Shown piece after piece: positions 1-10,372 of a stretch of 64,000 bases of DNA; the stretch's first letter is position 1; each line of letters starts with the position of its first letter. Both the position numbers and the translations under genes were made by a program. The stretch spans positions 5,440,001-5,504,000 of the forward strand of contig OZ252299.1 in NCBI GenBank assembly GCA_965250285.1. Direction: 5' to 3'. Under the pieces are notes generated by a model. That model did not search any database. It was not told the origin of the DNA and saw only the letters and a program-made list of their open reading frames with translations. The DNA is from Myxococcota bacterium (GTDB lineage Bacteria > Myxococcota_A > UBA9160 > UBA4427).

Positions 1-295
1 TCGCGCGGGCATGGCGGCGATCGATGCCGAAGCCGGGTTCGACCTCGGCGCCTTCGCCGAGCACGTGAAGGCGAACCTGCCGGGCTATCAGCGGCCGCTC
101 TTCGTGCGGCTGCTCGGGGGCCACGACATGCGCACGACGGGGACGTTCAAGCACCAGAAGGTCGACTATCGAAACGAAGCCTTCGACCCGAGCCGCGTGG
201 CCGATCCGCTCTATTACTTCGATGGCGACGCGTATCAGCCGCTCGACCAGGCGGTCTACGACGCGATCGGGCGGGGCGACGTTCAGGTCGGCTGA
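1..295 (+). CDS. C-terminal end of a long-chain acyl-CoA synthetase (FATP-like), 5' truncated by the window
   Basis: LPGYQRPLFVRL...TTGTFKHQKVDYRNEAFDP...DPLYY resembles the FATP/VLACS C-terminus. Confidence 0.8.
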   Translation, partial: RAGMAAIDAEAGFDLGAFAEHVKANLPGYQRPLFVRLLGGHDMRTTGTFKHQKVDYRNEAFDPSRVADPLYYFDGDAYQPLDQAVYDAIGRGDVQVG

Positions 296-299
296 GGCG

Positions 300-848
300 T
301 CAGCTGTCGATCACCGGCCGGCCGCTCGACCAGTCGATGCGGCGCACGGGGTCGGTGCGGCCATCCCACGCCTTGCATGCGCGTTCGATGTCGTCGAAGA
401 GCGACGTCATCAGCTCGATGCGCGCCATGAGCTGCACCATGGGGCCCGGTGGCGCAGTGGTTTCGAGATAGGCGTGGGCGTCGCCGTAGCGCTGGCGCAG
501 CCTGAAGCCCGGGGCGCGCGCACGCAGCTCTTCGAGCTTGGCGGGGATGTCATCGACCCAGACGGCGAGGTGCTGCAGGCCGCCCTCGGGTCGCCCGGCC
601 AGGTACTCGCGATAGATCGTCGGCGTGTCGTCGTGCTGTTCGATCAGCTCGATCTGCTGATCGCCCGAGTACGCGAACGCGGCCGAGAGATCGGCCTGAA
701 TGGGCGCGCCATCGAGCTCGCCCGGCGGACGAATGTGCCGTTCGACGAAGAAGGGCCCGACGCCGAGCGCGACGAAGTGCTCGAGCGCCGGCTCGAGCGC
801 CGGCACCACCCAGCCTTGCTGGATGAACGGACCGAAGAGCGCGCTCAT
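300..848 (-). CDS. VOC/glyoxalase family protein
   Basis: MSALFGPFIQQGWVV...QIELIEQ...GGLQHLAVWVDD motifs. Confidence 0.8.
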   Translation of the reverse strand: MSALFGPFIQQGWVVPALEPALEHFVALGVGPFFVERHIRPPGELDGAPIQADLSAAFAYSGDQQIELIEQHDDTPTIYREYLAGRPEGGLQHLAVWVDDIPAKLEELRARAPGFRLRQRYGDAHAYLETTAPPGPMVQLMARIELMTSLFDDIERACKAWDGRTDPVRRIDWSSGRPVIDS

Positions 849-870
849 CGGGGCGCCGGCGCCGAAGCGA

Positions 871-1872
871 TCAAGCGAGCCACGACAGGCAGCCGGCTCG
901 CTCGAGGATCGGGTCGAGGGCGCTCTTGTCGGTGACCGCGGCGTAGCGCTCGCGCAGCTTGCCGAGCGAGCGGGCGTGATACTTCTGCGGCTTCTGGGTC
1001 CAAGCGCCACTCGGGAGCTCGACGGTGAACTCTTCGTCGCCGGCTTCGAGGCACTTGGCGTTGGCGTCGCTCCAGGGCAGGAAGAGGGCGCCGACCTGCT
1101 CGGCGAGGAAGGGCCCGAGGGTGGGAGCGAGCGCCGCCCACGCCTCGAAGTCGCCCTCGGCCTTGGGCTCGAGCATGCGCTGCACCCAGCCGGTCACGTT
1201 CGGGTGCGCTTCGATCATCGGCCGAGGCGTCGGGTCGGTCCACGCGTTGTAGACCTGGCCCCAGAGGCCGAAGTCGCCGAAGGCCGGTCGGCCGCCAAAG
1301 AGATAGGGTCGACCGTCGAGGTGGGCCTCGAGCTGGTCGAGCCCGCGCTGCCACGAGTGCTCGATCGCCTCTTTCGTCTGACCGGACGAGCCGACGAACC
1401 AGGTGCGCTTCGTCATGCGCCCGAGGATCATGCCGATCACGCCCTCGCGCTCTTCGTCGCTCGCGCCCTCGGGCGCCATGTTCACCGACAGCCGTTCGGC
1501 CGCCGAGCGCGCATCGGGCTCGTACGACCAGCGGTAGTGGAACATCCACTTGTTGCCCCACTCGTCGCCGAACTCTTCGACGAGCGCCGACACGAAGGCC
1601 ACGGCCGGGTCGCTCGGATGAATCGTCGGGTCGGGGTGGCTCGACTCGAAGCGTTCGAGGATCGGCGTCGAGTCCTGAAACGCGGTGTCGTCGGGCATCA
1701 GCACCAGGGGGATGAGCGGCAGCTTCGCGTGCTGCTGGTAGAGCGCCATGTTCGACGCGTTGCGCTCGGTCCACTCGTGGTCGATGCCCTTGTAGCGAAG
1801 AACCGACCGAACCTTCACCGAGTAGGGCGAGAGCTCGGCGCCGAAGACGAGGGGGCGGGGGCGATCGGACAT
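871..1872 (-). CDS. glutathione S-transferase family protein
   Basis: SPYSVKVRSVLRYKGI...IPLV...QDSTPILE; YLFGGRPAFGDFGL. Confidence 0.85.
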   Translation of the reverse strand: MSDRPRPLVFGAELSPYSVKVRSVLRYKGIDHEWTERNASNMALYQQHAKLPLIPLVLMPDDTAFQDSTPILERFESSHPDPTIHPSDPAVAFVSALVEEFGDEWGNKWMFHYRWSYEPDARSAAERLSVNMAPEGASDEEREGVIGMILGRMTKRTWFVGSSGQTKEAIEHSWQRGLDQLEAHLDGRPYLFGGRPAFGDFGLWGQVYNAWTDPTPRPMIEAHPNVTGWVQRMLEPKAEGDFEAWAALAPTLGPFLAEQVGALFLPWSDANAKCLEAGDEEFTVELPSGAWTQKPQKYHARSLGKLRERYAAVTDKSALDPILERAGCLSWLA

Positions 1873-2303
1873 GGGTCGGGCTCCTGGGGGTGTTCGGGGG
1901 CCTGTTGAAGCACCGAATGCTAGCGCGGGCCGAGAGCGGCGATGCGGGCCCGTGGCCGCGTCCACGCGTGGGCCGGCCGTTCCTTCGACCGATCTCGGCC
2001 GTGGCGGGGTCGGAGGCAGGCCGGATTGCGGTGGGGCTGCGGATCGATCTCGGCGATCCGAGGGCGCAGGCCGTTGCCATCGCGGCGCAGCGCGAACTGG
2101 GGCGATCACAGCCCGCCCGCCTGCGCGACTTCGCGGGGATCAGCGCTTATCCTTCGCGCGCTCCCATCCGATGAATTGATCATGCTTGGACGATTTCGGT
2201 GCGTTGGCAACTGGGGTGTCGACCTCCGCAGCCTGAAGGGGCGCGCGGTGATGGCGTCGCATCGACCGGCTGTCGCGCTCGTTGACGAAGCGAGGCCGAT
2301 GTC

Positions 2304-3353
2304 GTGAAGCTGCGCGACCTCGCGCTCATCGGTTGGATCGTCGTCTTCCTGTCGCTGGTCGAGGTCGCGCTCGAGACACGGGCCCATCTGAACGGTTGGA
2401 ACACTCTGATCTACGGGCCGGTGGTGCGCGCATCGGTCGACTCGGATCGTGAGAGCGATCCGAGCTCGCCCACCTTCGGCCCGACCGCCGCCTTCCCGTT
2501 CCGGAGCGAGATCGTGGCAGGTGCCGCGCCCGACGGCGTCGACCGCATCTGGATTGCGTCGGCTTCGCACGGTGAGGATGTCCATCTGCCGGCGGACGTC
2601 ATCTTTCCTCATCTCGTCGGCGTCGAGCGCACCTCGTCGGGCCGGCCGACGCAGGTCCTCAACGCGAGCCGGGCCGGCCACGACATCGCATCGAACGGTG
2701 AGATGCTCGTGCGCGAGGCGCCCACCTGGAAACCCGACGTTGTGCTTCTCTATCAGGCATCGATCGACATCGGCCGACTCGCGAAAGAGGTCGACCCGCT
2801 CGGCGGGGTCGGCCCGACCGCCGCTGCCCGGTCGGGTGCCAGCCAGCCAGCGTGGCTGCAGCAGGCCTTCGAGTCGACCACCACGTATGAGTTGTTGGCC
2901 GGCACCGTCCGCGCCTGGCTCGGTACCCAGCGGGTCCTGACCGAACGCCTGAGCGACGAGGCCCTCGCTCGCTACGAAGCGGTCGTGCGTGAGTTCGTCG
3001 CGACGACGCGCGCGGCCGGCGCCCGACCCGTGCTTGCCACGTTTGCAACGAGTCACACGAAGGAAGATCTGGGAGCTATCCCGGAGCACATCGTTCTCGG
3101 CGTGTTTCAATTCAACGACCAGCTGTCGATGGCTGCTTGGCTCGATGCGATCGAGCGCTGCAACGCGGTCATTCGCGCCGTGGCGGCCGAAGAGGAGATC
3201 ACGGTCGTTCCAGTCGCTGAGGAGCTGACCGGGCGCGATCAGCACTTCCGCGACCTGGTCCACTTCTCTCCGAGCGGGCACGCGATCGTCGCCAAGACGA
3301 TCGCGGCCGCCCTCGCCGAGCCCGCTGATACGGCTGGAGGGCTGGCCGAGTGA
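2304..3353 (+). CDS. SGNH/GDSL hydrolase-like protein with N-terminal membrane anchor
   Basis: VLNASRAG, PDVVLLY and C-terminal DLVHFSPSGH (DxxH); overlaps the MBOAT start. Confidence 0.75.
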   Translation: MKLRDLALIGWIVVFLSLVEVALETRAHLNGWNTLIYGPVVRASVDSDRESDPSSPTFGPTAAFPFRSEIVAGAAPDGVDRIWIASASHGEDVHLPADVIFPHLVGVERTSSGRPTQVLNASRAGHDIASNGEMLVREAPTWKPDVVLLYQASIDIGRLAKEVDPLGGVGPTAAARSGASQPAWLQQAFESTTTYELLAGTVRAWLGTQRVLTERLSDEALARYEAVVREFVATTRAAGARPVLATFATSHTKEDLGAIPEHIVLGVFQFNDQLSMAAWLDAIERCNAVIRAVAAEEEITVVPVAEELTGRDQHFRDLVHFSPSGHAIVAKTIAAALAEPADTAGGLAE

Positions 3354-4750
3354 ACTTCAACTCGCTCGAGTTCGCGCTCTTCTTTGCGACTCTTCTGCTG
3401 ATCTACACCTGGGTGTTCGCGCGCCCGCTGGCGCGCAACGTGACGCTGCTGGTCGCCAGCTACTTCTTCTACATGTCGTGGGACTGGCGCTACGCCGGCC
3501 TGATCGCCCTTTCGACGCTCGTCGACTACGTGATCGGCTTGCGGCTCTCGAGAGAAGACCAGCCAGGGATACGACGCGCGCTCGTGATTGCGAGCCTCTC
3601 GTTCAACCTCGGCATTCTGGGCCTCTTCAAGTACTACAACTTCTTCATCGACGTCGGTGAAGGCGCGCTCTCGCTGTTCGGCTTCGACGTCTCAGGATTG
3701 AAGGTCGACCTGCTCCTGCCCGTCGGCATCTCGTTCTACACGTTCCAGACGCTCAGCTACACGCTCGATCTGTACCGCAGGAACATCGAGGTCGAGCGCA
3801 GCCTGTTGCGCTTCGCCGTCTACGTGTCGTTCTTTCCGCAGCTGGTCGCCGGGCCGATCGTGCGCGCCTCTGACTTTCTGCCGCAGCTCAACCGGACGCC
3901 GAACGTTTCTCGGAACCGATTCGATGATGGGTTCACGCTCATCTTCCAGGGGCTGTTCAAGAAGGTCGTGATCGCCGATCTCCTGGGCGGACTCGGCGTC
4001 GACGCCGTCTTTGCGAATCCGTCAGAGTTCTCCAGCCTCGACCTCCTGCTCGCGCTCTACGGGTACACCTACCAGATCTACAACGACTTCTCCGGCTACA
4101 GCGATATCGCGATCGGCGCCGCTCGGGTGATGGGCTTCGACCTGCCCGAGAACTTCAACCGGCCATACCACTCGCAGAACGTCCGGGAGTTCTGGACGCG
4201 CTGGCACATCTCGCTCTCAACGTGGCTTCGCGACTATCTCTATATCTCGCTTGGCGGCAACCGCCGCGGCTCGAGACGTACGAACGTGAACCTGATGGTC
4301 ACCATGCTCCTCGGCGGACTCTGGCACGGAGCCGCACTGAACTTCGTGCTCTGGGGCGCCTACCACGGCCTGCTGCTCGTGCTGGCGGGACGCGGCGCCG
4401 AACGTACGCCCCATGTCGGCGGCGGGCGCAAGCTGCTGAATCAAGTCGCGACCTTCCATCTGATCGTCTTCGGTTGGCTCCTCTTCCGCGTGCAGGATGC
4501 CCCGCAGTTCGTCGACTATGTGAGCGGCCTCCTCGCCTTCAGCGGGGGCAGTCGGCTGCAGCCGGCCTATCTGGCGGTGCTGGCGCTGGCGATCTTCGCG
4601 CACGTGGTTCCGCGCGGTCTTCTCGCAGACGCGCGGCAGCGGCTCGTCGCCCAGCCGCGATTCGTCCAGGGGGGTCTGTACGCCGGGCTCCTCATGATCT
4701 ACGTCGGCGTGACGCTCGGCGCACCTGCCTTCATCTACTTCCAGTTCTGA
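3350..4750 (+). CDS. MBOAT family O-acyltransferase (AlgI/DltB-like)
   Basis: LPVGISFYTFQ, FFPQLVAGPI, DFSGYSDIAIG, FWTRWHISLSTWLRDYLYI, GLWHGA. Confidence 0.95.
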   Translation: MNFNSLEFALFFATLLLIYTWVFARPLARNVTLLVASYFFYMSWDWRYAGLIALSTLVDYVIGLRLSREDQPGIRRALVIASLSFNLGILGLFKYYNFFIDVGEGALSLFGFDVSGLKVDLLLPVGISFYTFQTLSYTLDLYRRNIEVERSLLRFAVYVSFFPQLVAGPIVRASDFLPQLNRTPNVSRNRFDDGFTLIFQGLFKKVVIADLLGGLGVDAVFANPSEFSSLDLLLALYGYTYQIYNDFSGYSDIAIGAARVMGFDLPENFNRPYHSQNVREFWTRWHISLSTWLRDYLYISLGGNRRGSRRTNVNLMVTMLLGGLWHGAALNFVLWGAYHGLLLVLAGRGAERTPHVGGGRKLLNQVATFHLIVFGWLLFRVQDAPQFVDYVSGLLAFSGGSRLQPAYLAVLALAIFAHVVPRGLLADARQRLVAQPRFVQGGLYAGLLMIYVGVTLGAPAFIYFQF

Positions 4751-4990
4751 GGGAGCCGCGTTCGCGGCTGCGTCGGTGAGGGGGGAGTCCCGTTCACGGT
4801 GCTCGTGGCCGCTGAACCCGAACCCGGCGTCGGCGCCGAGACTACGTGCCTGCGGTCCACCTGCGATCTCGACGAATCAAGTGGGCTGTCCGGCCCACAC
4901 GGGCACGCCCCGCGCCCGCATGATCTGATCTACGCTCGGAGGGCCCTTCGAAGTCGATGCCCCGGCTCGAGACGCGGAGGCAGCGCGGTC

Positions 4991-5509
4991 GTGGACGGCC
5001 TCTCCATTCGTGCTCTGCTCGTCACGGCTGCGCTTGGCGGCATCTTGACCGGCGCCGTGTTCTTCACGCTCGACTATGCGCACGGCCTCTCGTATCTCTC
5101 GAGCGACTCTTCGGCCTGCGCGAACTGCCACATCATGGAGCCGCAGTACGTGTCGTGGCAGCGCGGGTCGCACCGGGCCGTCGCTGGCTGCGTCGACTGC
5201 CATCTGCCCCAGCACGGGCTCGCCAAGTGGGTGTCGAAGGCCGACAACGGCTGGCGCCACACGGTGGCGTTCACCCTGCAGAACTTTTCCGAACCGATCG
5301 TCATGCGGCCGGTCAACCGTGAGACGCTGCAGCAGAACTGCATCGAGTGCCATGGGGGCCTCACGCACGACGTCACGGCGATCGCACCCGACGCGGTCGA
5401 GTGCGTGCACTGTCACAGCGACGTGGGCCACGGCGAGCGCCTCGGTCTCGGTGGACCGCCGACGGCCGCAGAGCTCTCGCTGCCCCTTCCGCCAGGAGTC
5501 GATGGATGA
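4991..5509 (+). CDS. nrfH: cytochrome c nitrite reductase small subunit (tetraheme)
   Basis: TM anchor plus four CxxCH motifs (CANCH, CVDCH, CIECH, CVHCH); adjacent to nrfA. Confidence 0.9.
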   Translation: MDGLSIRALLVTAALGGILTGAVFFTLDYAHGLSYLSSDSSACANCHIMEPQYVSWQRGSHRAVAGCVDCHLPQHGLAKWVSKADNGWRHTVAFTLQNFSEPIVMRPVNRETLQQNCIECHGGLTHDVTAIAPDAVECVHCHSDVGHGERLGLGGPPTAAELSLPLPPGVDG

Positions 5510-6933
5510 GCGAACGATCCCCTTTGAGCGCCCGCGTGCTGATCGCCGCGGCGGTCGTGTTCGGCATCGGAACGGTCGCGGTGTTCGCCCTGCTCGCGAA
5601 CATCGCCGACCGCAAAGAAGAGGCGAGGTCGCCCTTCGTGCGCGTGGTCGAGGTCACCGAAGACGACACCGACCCCGAGAAGTGGGCGGCGAACTGGCCG
5701 CAGCAGTACGACAGCTACAAGAAGACGGCGATCGCAACGCGCACCCGCTTCGGCGGTCACGGCGGCTCAGAGGCGCTGCCCGAGCAGAAGATCGAGCGCG
5801 ACCCGTGGCTGCAGAAGATGTTTCGCGGCTACGCGTTCTCGATCGACTACCGCGATCGCCGCGGCCACGCCTACATGCTCTCGGATCAAGAGAACACCGA
5901 GCGACTCACCAAGCCCCAGAGCGGCTCGTGCCTGCACTGTCACGCGTCGGTGATGCCGCTCTACCGCGAGCTCGGCGATGGCGACGCCATGGCCGGCTTC
6001 GAGAAGACCTACGAGTACTCGTACCAGGATCTACACGCGATGCTCGAGGAGACGGGCAGCGCGCATCCCGTGTCGTGCGTCGACTGCCACGATCCCGATA
6101 CGATGCGCCTGCGGGTGACTCGGCCCGGCTTCATCCAGGGCATTCAGGCGCTGGCCGAGAGCGACGCCGACGTGCCGCACCTGCCCTCGATTCGCGAATG
6201 GCGCGCCACCGATCGCAGCGAGCCCTATGACCCGAACGTCGACGCTTCGCGCACCGAGATGCGCTCGTACGTGTGCGGGCAATGCCACGTCGAGTACTAC
6301 TGCTCGAGCGGCATGAAGCTCACCTTTCCGTGGGGCAATGGCCTGACCGCCGAACAGACCGAGGCGTTCTGGGACGAGACGACGCTCGACGACGGCAGTC
6401 GCTTCGTCGACTACTTCCATGCGGAGAGCGGCGCGCCGATCCTCAAGGCGCAGCACCCCGAGTTCGAGCTCTGGAGCCAGGGCATTCACGCGCGCAGCGG
6501 CGTGAGCTGCGCCGATTGCCACATGCCCTACATGCGTGAGGGCGCGACGAAGGTGTCGGATCACTGGGTGCGCAGCCCGCTGCTGAACGTGAACCGCGCG
6601 TGCCAGACCTGTCACCACTTCTCGGAGGACGAGCTGCTCGAGCGCGTTGCCGTCATTCAGGATCGCAACCACGAGCTGCTGCAGCGCGGCGGGGTCGCGA
6701 TCGTCGATCTGATCGATGCGATCGTCGCGGCCCAGGCGGCGGGCGCGACCGATGAGGCGCTCGCGCCGGCGCGCGAGCTGCAGCGCAAGGCGCAGTGGCG
6801 GCTCGACTTCATCGCGGCCGAGAACTCGATGGGCTTCCATGCGCCGCAGGAGGCCGCGCGCGTGCTCGGTGAGGCGCTCGACTACGCGCGTCAGGGGCAG
6901 GTCGCCGCTCTGCAGGCGGTGCCGAGCACCTAG
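5506..6933 (+). CDS. nrfA: ammonia-forming cytochrome c nitrite reductase (pentaheme)
   Basis: Five heme motifs, [21 protein letters not shown], diagnostic [18 protein letters not shown]. Confidence 0.93.
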   Translation: MSERSPLSARVLIAAAVVFGIGTVAVFALLANIADRKEEARSPFVRVVEVTEDDTDPEKWAANWPQQYDSYKKTAIATRTRFGGHGGSEALPEQKIERDPWLQKMFRGYAFSIDYRDRRGHAYMLSDQENTERLTKPQSGSCLHCHASVMPLYRELGDGDAMAGFEKTYEYSYQDLHAMLEETGSAHPVSCVDCHDPDTMRLRVTRPGFIQGIQALAESDADVPHLPSIREWRATDRSEPYDPNVDASRTEMRSYVCGQCHVEYYCSSGMKLTFPWGNGLTAEQTEAFWDETTLDDGSRFVDYFHAESGAPILKAQHPEFELWSQGIHARSGVSCADCHMPYMREGATKVSDHWVRSPLLNVNRACQTCHHFSEDELLERVAVIQDRNHELLQRGGVAIVDLIDAIVAAQAAGATDEALAPARELQRKAQWRLDFIAAENSMGFHAPQEAARVLGEALDYARQGQVAALQAVPST

Positions 6934-6966
6934 CTCAGCACGCGACCGGGCGGCCGGCAGCGGCCG

Positions 6967-8013
6967 TCAGGCGAGTCGCTGCGCCAGATCGACGTGGTCT
7001 GCGTAGGGCGGGCCCCCGCGCTGCGCCGCCGCTGTCGCCGGGGATCCGAGCCAGCGCCGCTTGAACGCGGCCATCCGATCGAGCGACGCGCTCAATCGCT
7101 CGGCCGGCATGGCTTCAAGGGCCGCCAGCACGGCATCGCGCAGGTCGTCGCGACTGCAGACGAGCATGGCGTCGACGCCGGCACCGAGGGCGAAGTCGAC
7201 GATCTCGCCCGGCGTGTAGTGATCGGCCACGGCCTTCATCTCGAGATCGTCGGTGAAGACGAGCCCTTGCCAGCCGAGCTCGTCGCGCAGCACGCCCACC
7301 GCCTTCGCCGAGAGCGTCGCCGGGCGTTCGGCGTCGAGCGACTCGACCACGACGTGCGCCGTCATCATGCTGGCGACGCCGGCGTCGCGCGCCGCGAGAA
7401 ACGGTGGCCATTCGACCGTGCGCAAGCGCTCGAGCGGCGTCGACACCCGAGGCAGAGCGAGGTGGCTGTCGACGAAGGTGTCGCCGTGCCCGGGAAAGTG
7501 CTTGGCGCAGGCGGCGACCCCCGTCGACTGCAGGCCCTCGATGAAGGCGACCGCATGGCGCGCGACCGCGTCGGCGTCGCGCGCGAAGCTGCGGTCGCCG
7601 ATCACCGGGTTGTCGGGGTTCGAGTCGACGTCGCAGCACGGCGCGAAGTCGAGATCGAACCCGACATCGCGCAGCTCGAGCCCCATCGCGACGCCGACCT
7701 CGCGGGTCGCCGCGGCGTCGTCGCTCGCTGCGATGGTGCGCGCCGGCGGAAACTCGGTCCAGGGCGCGCGCAGACGCTGCACTCGGCCGCCCTCCTGATC
7801 GATGGCGACGCAGAGCGGCGTGCCCTCGGGTGCGAGCGCGTGCAGTGTGTCGATCAGCGCGCGCGTCTCGTCGGGCGTGCCGACGTTGCGCGCGAAGAGC
7901 GTCACGCCCCCCACGCGACCCGCGCGGATCAGGTCGGCGAGGTCACCCGGTACGTCGAGGCCGGGCAGCCCTGCGAAGAGGAGCTGGCCCGGTTGTCGTT
8001 CGGTCGTCGTCAT
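6967..8013 (-). CDS. nagZ: beta-N-acetylhexosaminidase (GH3)
   Basis: IDQEGGRVQR, KHFPGHGDTFVDSH, TDDLEM. Confidence 0.9.
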   Translation of the reverse strand: MTTTERQPGQLLFAGLPGLDVPGDLADLIRAGRVGGVTLFARNVGTPDETRALIDTLHALAPEGTPLCVAIDQEGGRVQRLRAPWTEFPPARTIAASDDAAATREVGVAMGLELRDVGFDLDFAPCCDVDSNPDNPVIGDRSFARDADAVARHAVAFIEGLQSTGVAACAKHFPGHGDTFVDSHLALPRVSTPLERLRTVEWPPFLAARDAGVASMMTAHVVVESLDAERPATLSAKAVGVLRDELGWQGLVFTDDLEMKAVADHYTPGEIVDFALGAGVDAMLVCSRDDLRDAVLAALEAMPAERLSASLDRMAAFKRRWLGSPATAAAQRGGPPYADHVDLAQRLA

Positions 8014-8253
8014 CCCAATCCATCATCGCGGTGTAGAAAATGGTCGAAAGGTGTCGAAAGGGGTCGACCCGGAGGGCCGGCTCTCACGCCCGACTCCGGT
8101 CGCCGAGCCCCACCAGCATATGTCAGGTTGGACGCGTCGCATCGATGCTGCAGCCGATTCGGCGCTCGGGCGCGCGCGCCCGTGATAGGGTGATCGGGTG
8201 TCGGCTGCGCGCGCTCGCCCGCGCGCGGGGCCGATCTCTGGGAGGCGGCGATC

Positions 8254-8850
8254 ATGCGGCGATGTGCACCCTTGCGTTTCTTTCTCTCTCTCGCGTGCGT
8301 GTGGGCGGTGTCGGTGTTCGTCGCCGCGCCCGGGCTCGCGGCGCCGGTCGAGCTGCTGATCGAGGGCGATCTCTTCGCCGCCGGCGATCCCGCTCCGCTC
8401 CCAGTCTCGGTGAGCCTCGTCGTCGAATCGACCCAACCCGACGAGAACCCGGCCTCGAACGTCTACCTGGCGACCGACCACGGGGCGTTCACGCTCGATA
8501 CCGTGCTGGCCCCGAGCGCACCGCCGATCAACCTGATCGGCACGCCGAGCCAGATCACGGCCGACGCGGTGGCGGGGGCCTGGGGGTTCGACATCACGAT
8601 CGACCTCGGTCTCGCGACCGTCGACGCCGACCTCGAGTTTCTCGGCCTGGGGCTCACGCCCGATCAGATCCTGCCCGACTTCACGTCGATTCAGAGCGGC
8701 GTGCTCACCGCCGATACCGGGGCCCTGGGCCTCGGTGTGCTCTCGGGGGACGTCTCGCTCACGATCGTGCCCGAGCCCTCGACCGCGCTGCTCGTCGGCC
8801 TCGGCCTCACGGCCTTCGGTCTGCGTCGCAGGAGGAGCCGGGCGCGCTAG
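8254..8850 (+). CDS. PEP-CTERM sorting domain protein
   Basis: Signal peptide and C-terminal VPEPSTALLVGLGLTAFGLRRRR. Confidence 0.9.
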   Translation: MRRCAPLRFFLSLACVWAVSVFVAAPGLAAPVELLIEGDLFAAGDPAPLPVSVSLVVESTQPDENPASNVYLATDHGAFTLDTVLAPSAPPINLIGTPSQITADAVAGAWGFDITIDLGLATVDADLEFLGLGLTPDQILPDFTSIQSGVLTADTGALGLGVLSGDVSLTIVPEPSTALLVGLGLTAFGLRRRRSRAR

Positions 8851-10175
8851 CGCCCCTTCGTGAGCCGGCCGACGTCGATGAAGCGGCGGATCTTGCCCTT
8901 GCTGAGATCGGGCACCGAGTGCGCATCCCAGAACTCGATGCGGTTGCCCGTGCCGGTCTGCACGTTCACGATGATGTCCGACACGACGACCAGCGCGTTG
9001 GGCTCGGGGATCTCGCTCGAGCCGGGGAACCAGACGCCGGTCAGCGATTCATCCTGAGACCAGCGCTTCGCGTGCCAGATGATCTTCCACAGCTCGTCCT
9101 TGCGGTCGTACGCGAACGAGAAGTGGGGCACGAAGGTCTGCTGATCGATGTAGATGTCTTTGTACGAGTACGGGTGATCGTCGTTCTTCGGCGTCATGCG
9201 CACCTTCCATACGCGGCGCATCTCCCAGCGGTCGTCGGCGAACGACAGACCGAAGGGGCCGAAGCTCTGATCTTCTTCGTAGGGGTAGCCCGCGACGCGG
9301 GTGTTGCCCGGGGCGATCAGATCCATCTCGCCGAGGCACTCCCACTCGTACTGCGGGACGATGCCGTTGAAGCTGCGCAGGTCGTCCATCGTGAAGTCGG
9401 TGCCCGAGATCGAGTCGGTGCGCTGCGCCGTCGAGATGCGCCGCACCCGCCGCAGCGTCGGCACGTAGACCCACGTGTCGTCGTTGCGCGCCTCACTGCG
9501 CGGCTTGTCGGCCGTCTTGTAGCGGTAGGTCAGCAGCATGATGCCGCGGGCATCGAAGGGCGCGACGACCTCGACGCCCGAGGCCTCCTTGCGCTTTTCG
9601 TTGCGAAAGATGTCGCCGCCGTTGGCCTCGAGGTAGCTCGGCTCGATGCGGTGAGCGAGCTGGATGCCGCCGCCCGTGCCCTCGTAGTAGAGCGGCAGCT
9701 CTTCGCCGCGATCCCAGTACGAGTAGTAGAAGCTGGCCCGCCCGTTGCCGCCGCCCGATTGAAAGCTCCACAGGATCTTGACCCCCGCCTGCGGGTCGGT
9801 GGCGCAGTCGATCGTCTCGGGCGGAAACGCGCGCCCGGCGACGAAGCCCTCGAGGCTGTTGTCGGGGCCGATGCGCGCCTGGGCGTGATAGGCGTCGGTG
9901 GCCGCCTGCATCTGCTTCGACGGCGGGTAGTCGCGCTGCATCGGACCGATCTCGAGCTGCATGCCCTCGTAGAAGAAGAAGTCGCGGTTCACCCAGAACT
10001 CTTCGGGCAGGTAGGGCCGCAGCACGTCGACCTCATCGATGTCGATGATGTCGCCCTCTTTGAACGTCGGCCCCGACGCCGATGCGTCTTCTTCGGCCGC
10101 GCGGGCAGCGGGCGCGCCGGCGGCGGCAGCGAGCAGCATGAGGATCGACACGAATCGGGCAGCGCGATACGACAC
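8847..10175 (-). CDS. DUF1329 / outer-membrane lipoprotein-sorting-like protein
   Basis: Signal peptide; DDTWVYVPTLRRVRR, HPYSYKDIYID, YDRKDELWK. Confidence 0.8.
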   Translation of the reverse strand: MSYRAARFVSILMLLAAAAGAPAARAAEEDASASGPTFKEGDIIDIDEVDVLRPYLPEEFWVNRDFFFYEGMQLEIGPMQRDYPPSKQMQAATDAYHAQARIGPDNSLEGFVAGRAFPPETIDCATDPQAGVKILWSFQSGGGNGRASFYYSYWDRGEELPLYYEGTGGGIQLAHRIEPSYLEANGGDIFRNEKRKEASGVEVVAPFDARGIMLLTYRYKTADKPRSEARNDDTWVYVPTLRRVRRISTAQRTDSISGTDFTMDDLRSFNGIVPQYEWECLGEMDLIAPGNTRVAGYPYEEDQSFGPFGLSFADDRWEMRRVWKVRMTPKNDDHPYSYKDIYIDQQTFVPHFSFAYDRKDELWKIIWHAKRWSQDESLTGVWFPGSSEIPEPNALVVVSDIIVNVQTGTGNRIEFWDAHSVPDLSKGKIRRFIDVGRLTKGR

Positions 10176-10260
10176 ACTCTTCTCCCGGGTGGGGACCGAG
10201 TCGGGGGGTTGGCCCGAGCGCGTTTCGGGCCGGAGGACGAACCGCCCCGCCCTGAAAAGA

Positions 10261-10280
10261 ATTAGAATACATATTCTAAT
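10261..10280. promoter_or_regulatory. AT-rich palindrome, candidate operator upstream of the DUF1329 gene
   Basis: ATTAGAATA-CA-TATTCTAAT is a perfect 9-bp inverted repeat in GC-rich DNA, about 85 bp upstream of the start. Confidence 0.6.
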
Positions 10281-10305
10281 CCCAGGGCGTCGGCCTGCGC
10301 AAACG

Positions 10306-10339
10306 AAAAACGCCCCGGTGCCGAAGCACCGGGGCGTTT
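10306..10339 (-). terminator. rho-independent terminator of the thiolase operon
   Basis: aaacgccccggtgc-cgaa-gcaccggggcgttt hairpin; UUCG loop and U-tract on the minus strand, just after the thiolase stop. Confidence 0.85.
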
Positions 10340-10372
10340 CGTATTGCGTCGACGCGCGGCGTCGGGGTTCGG

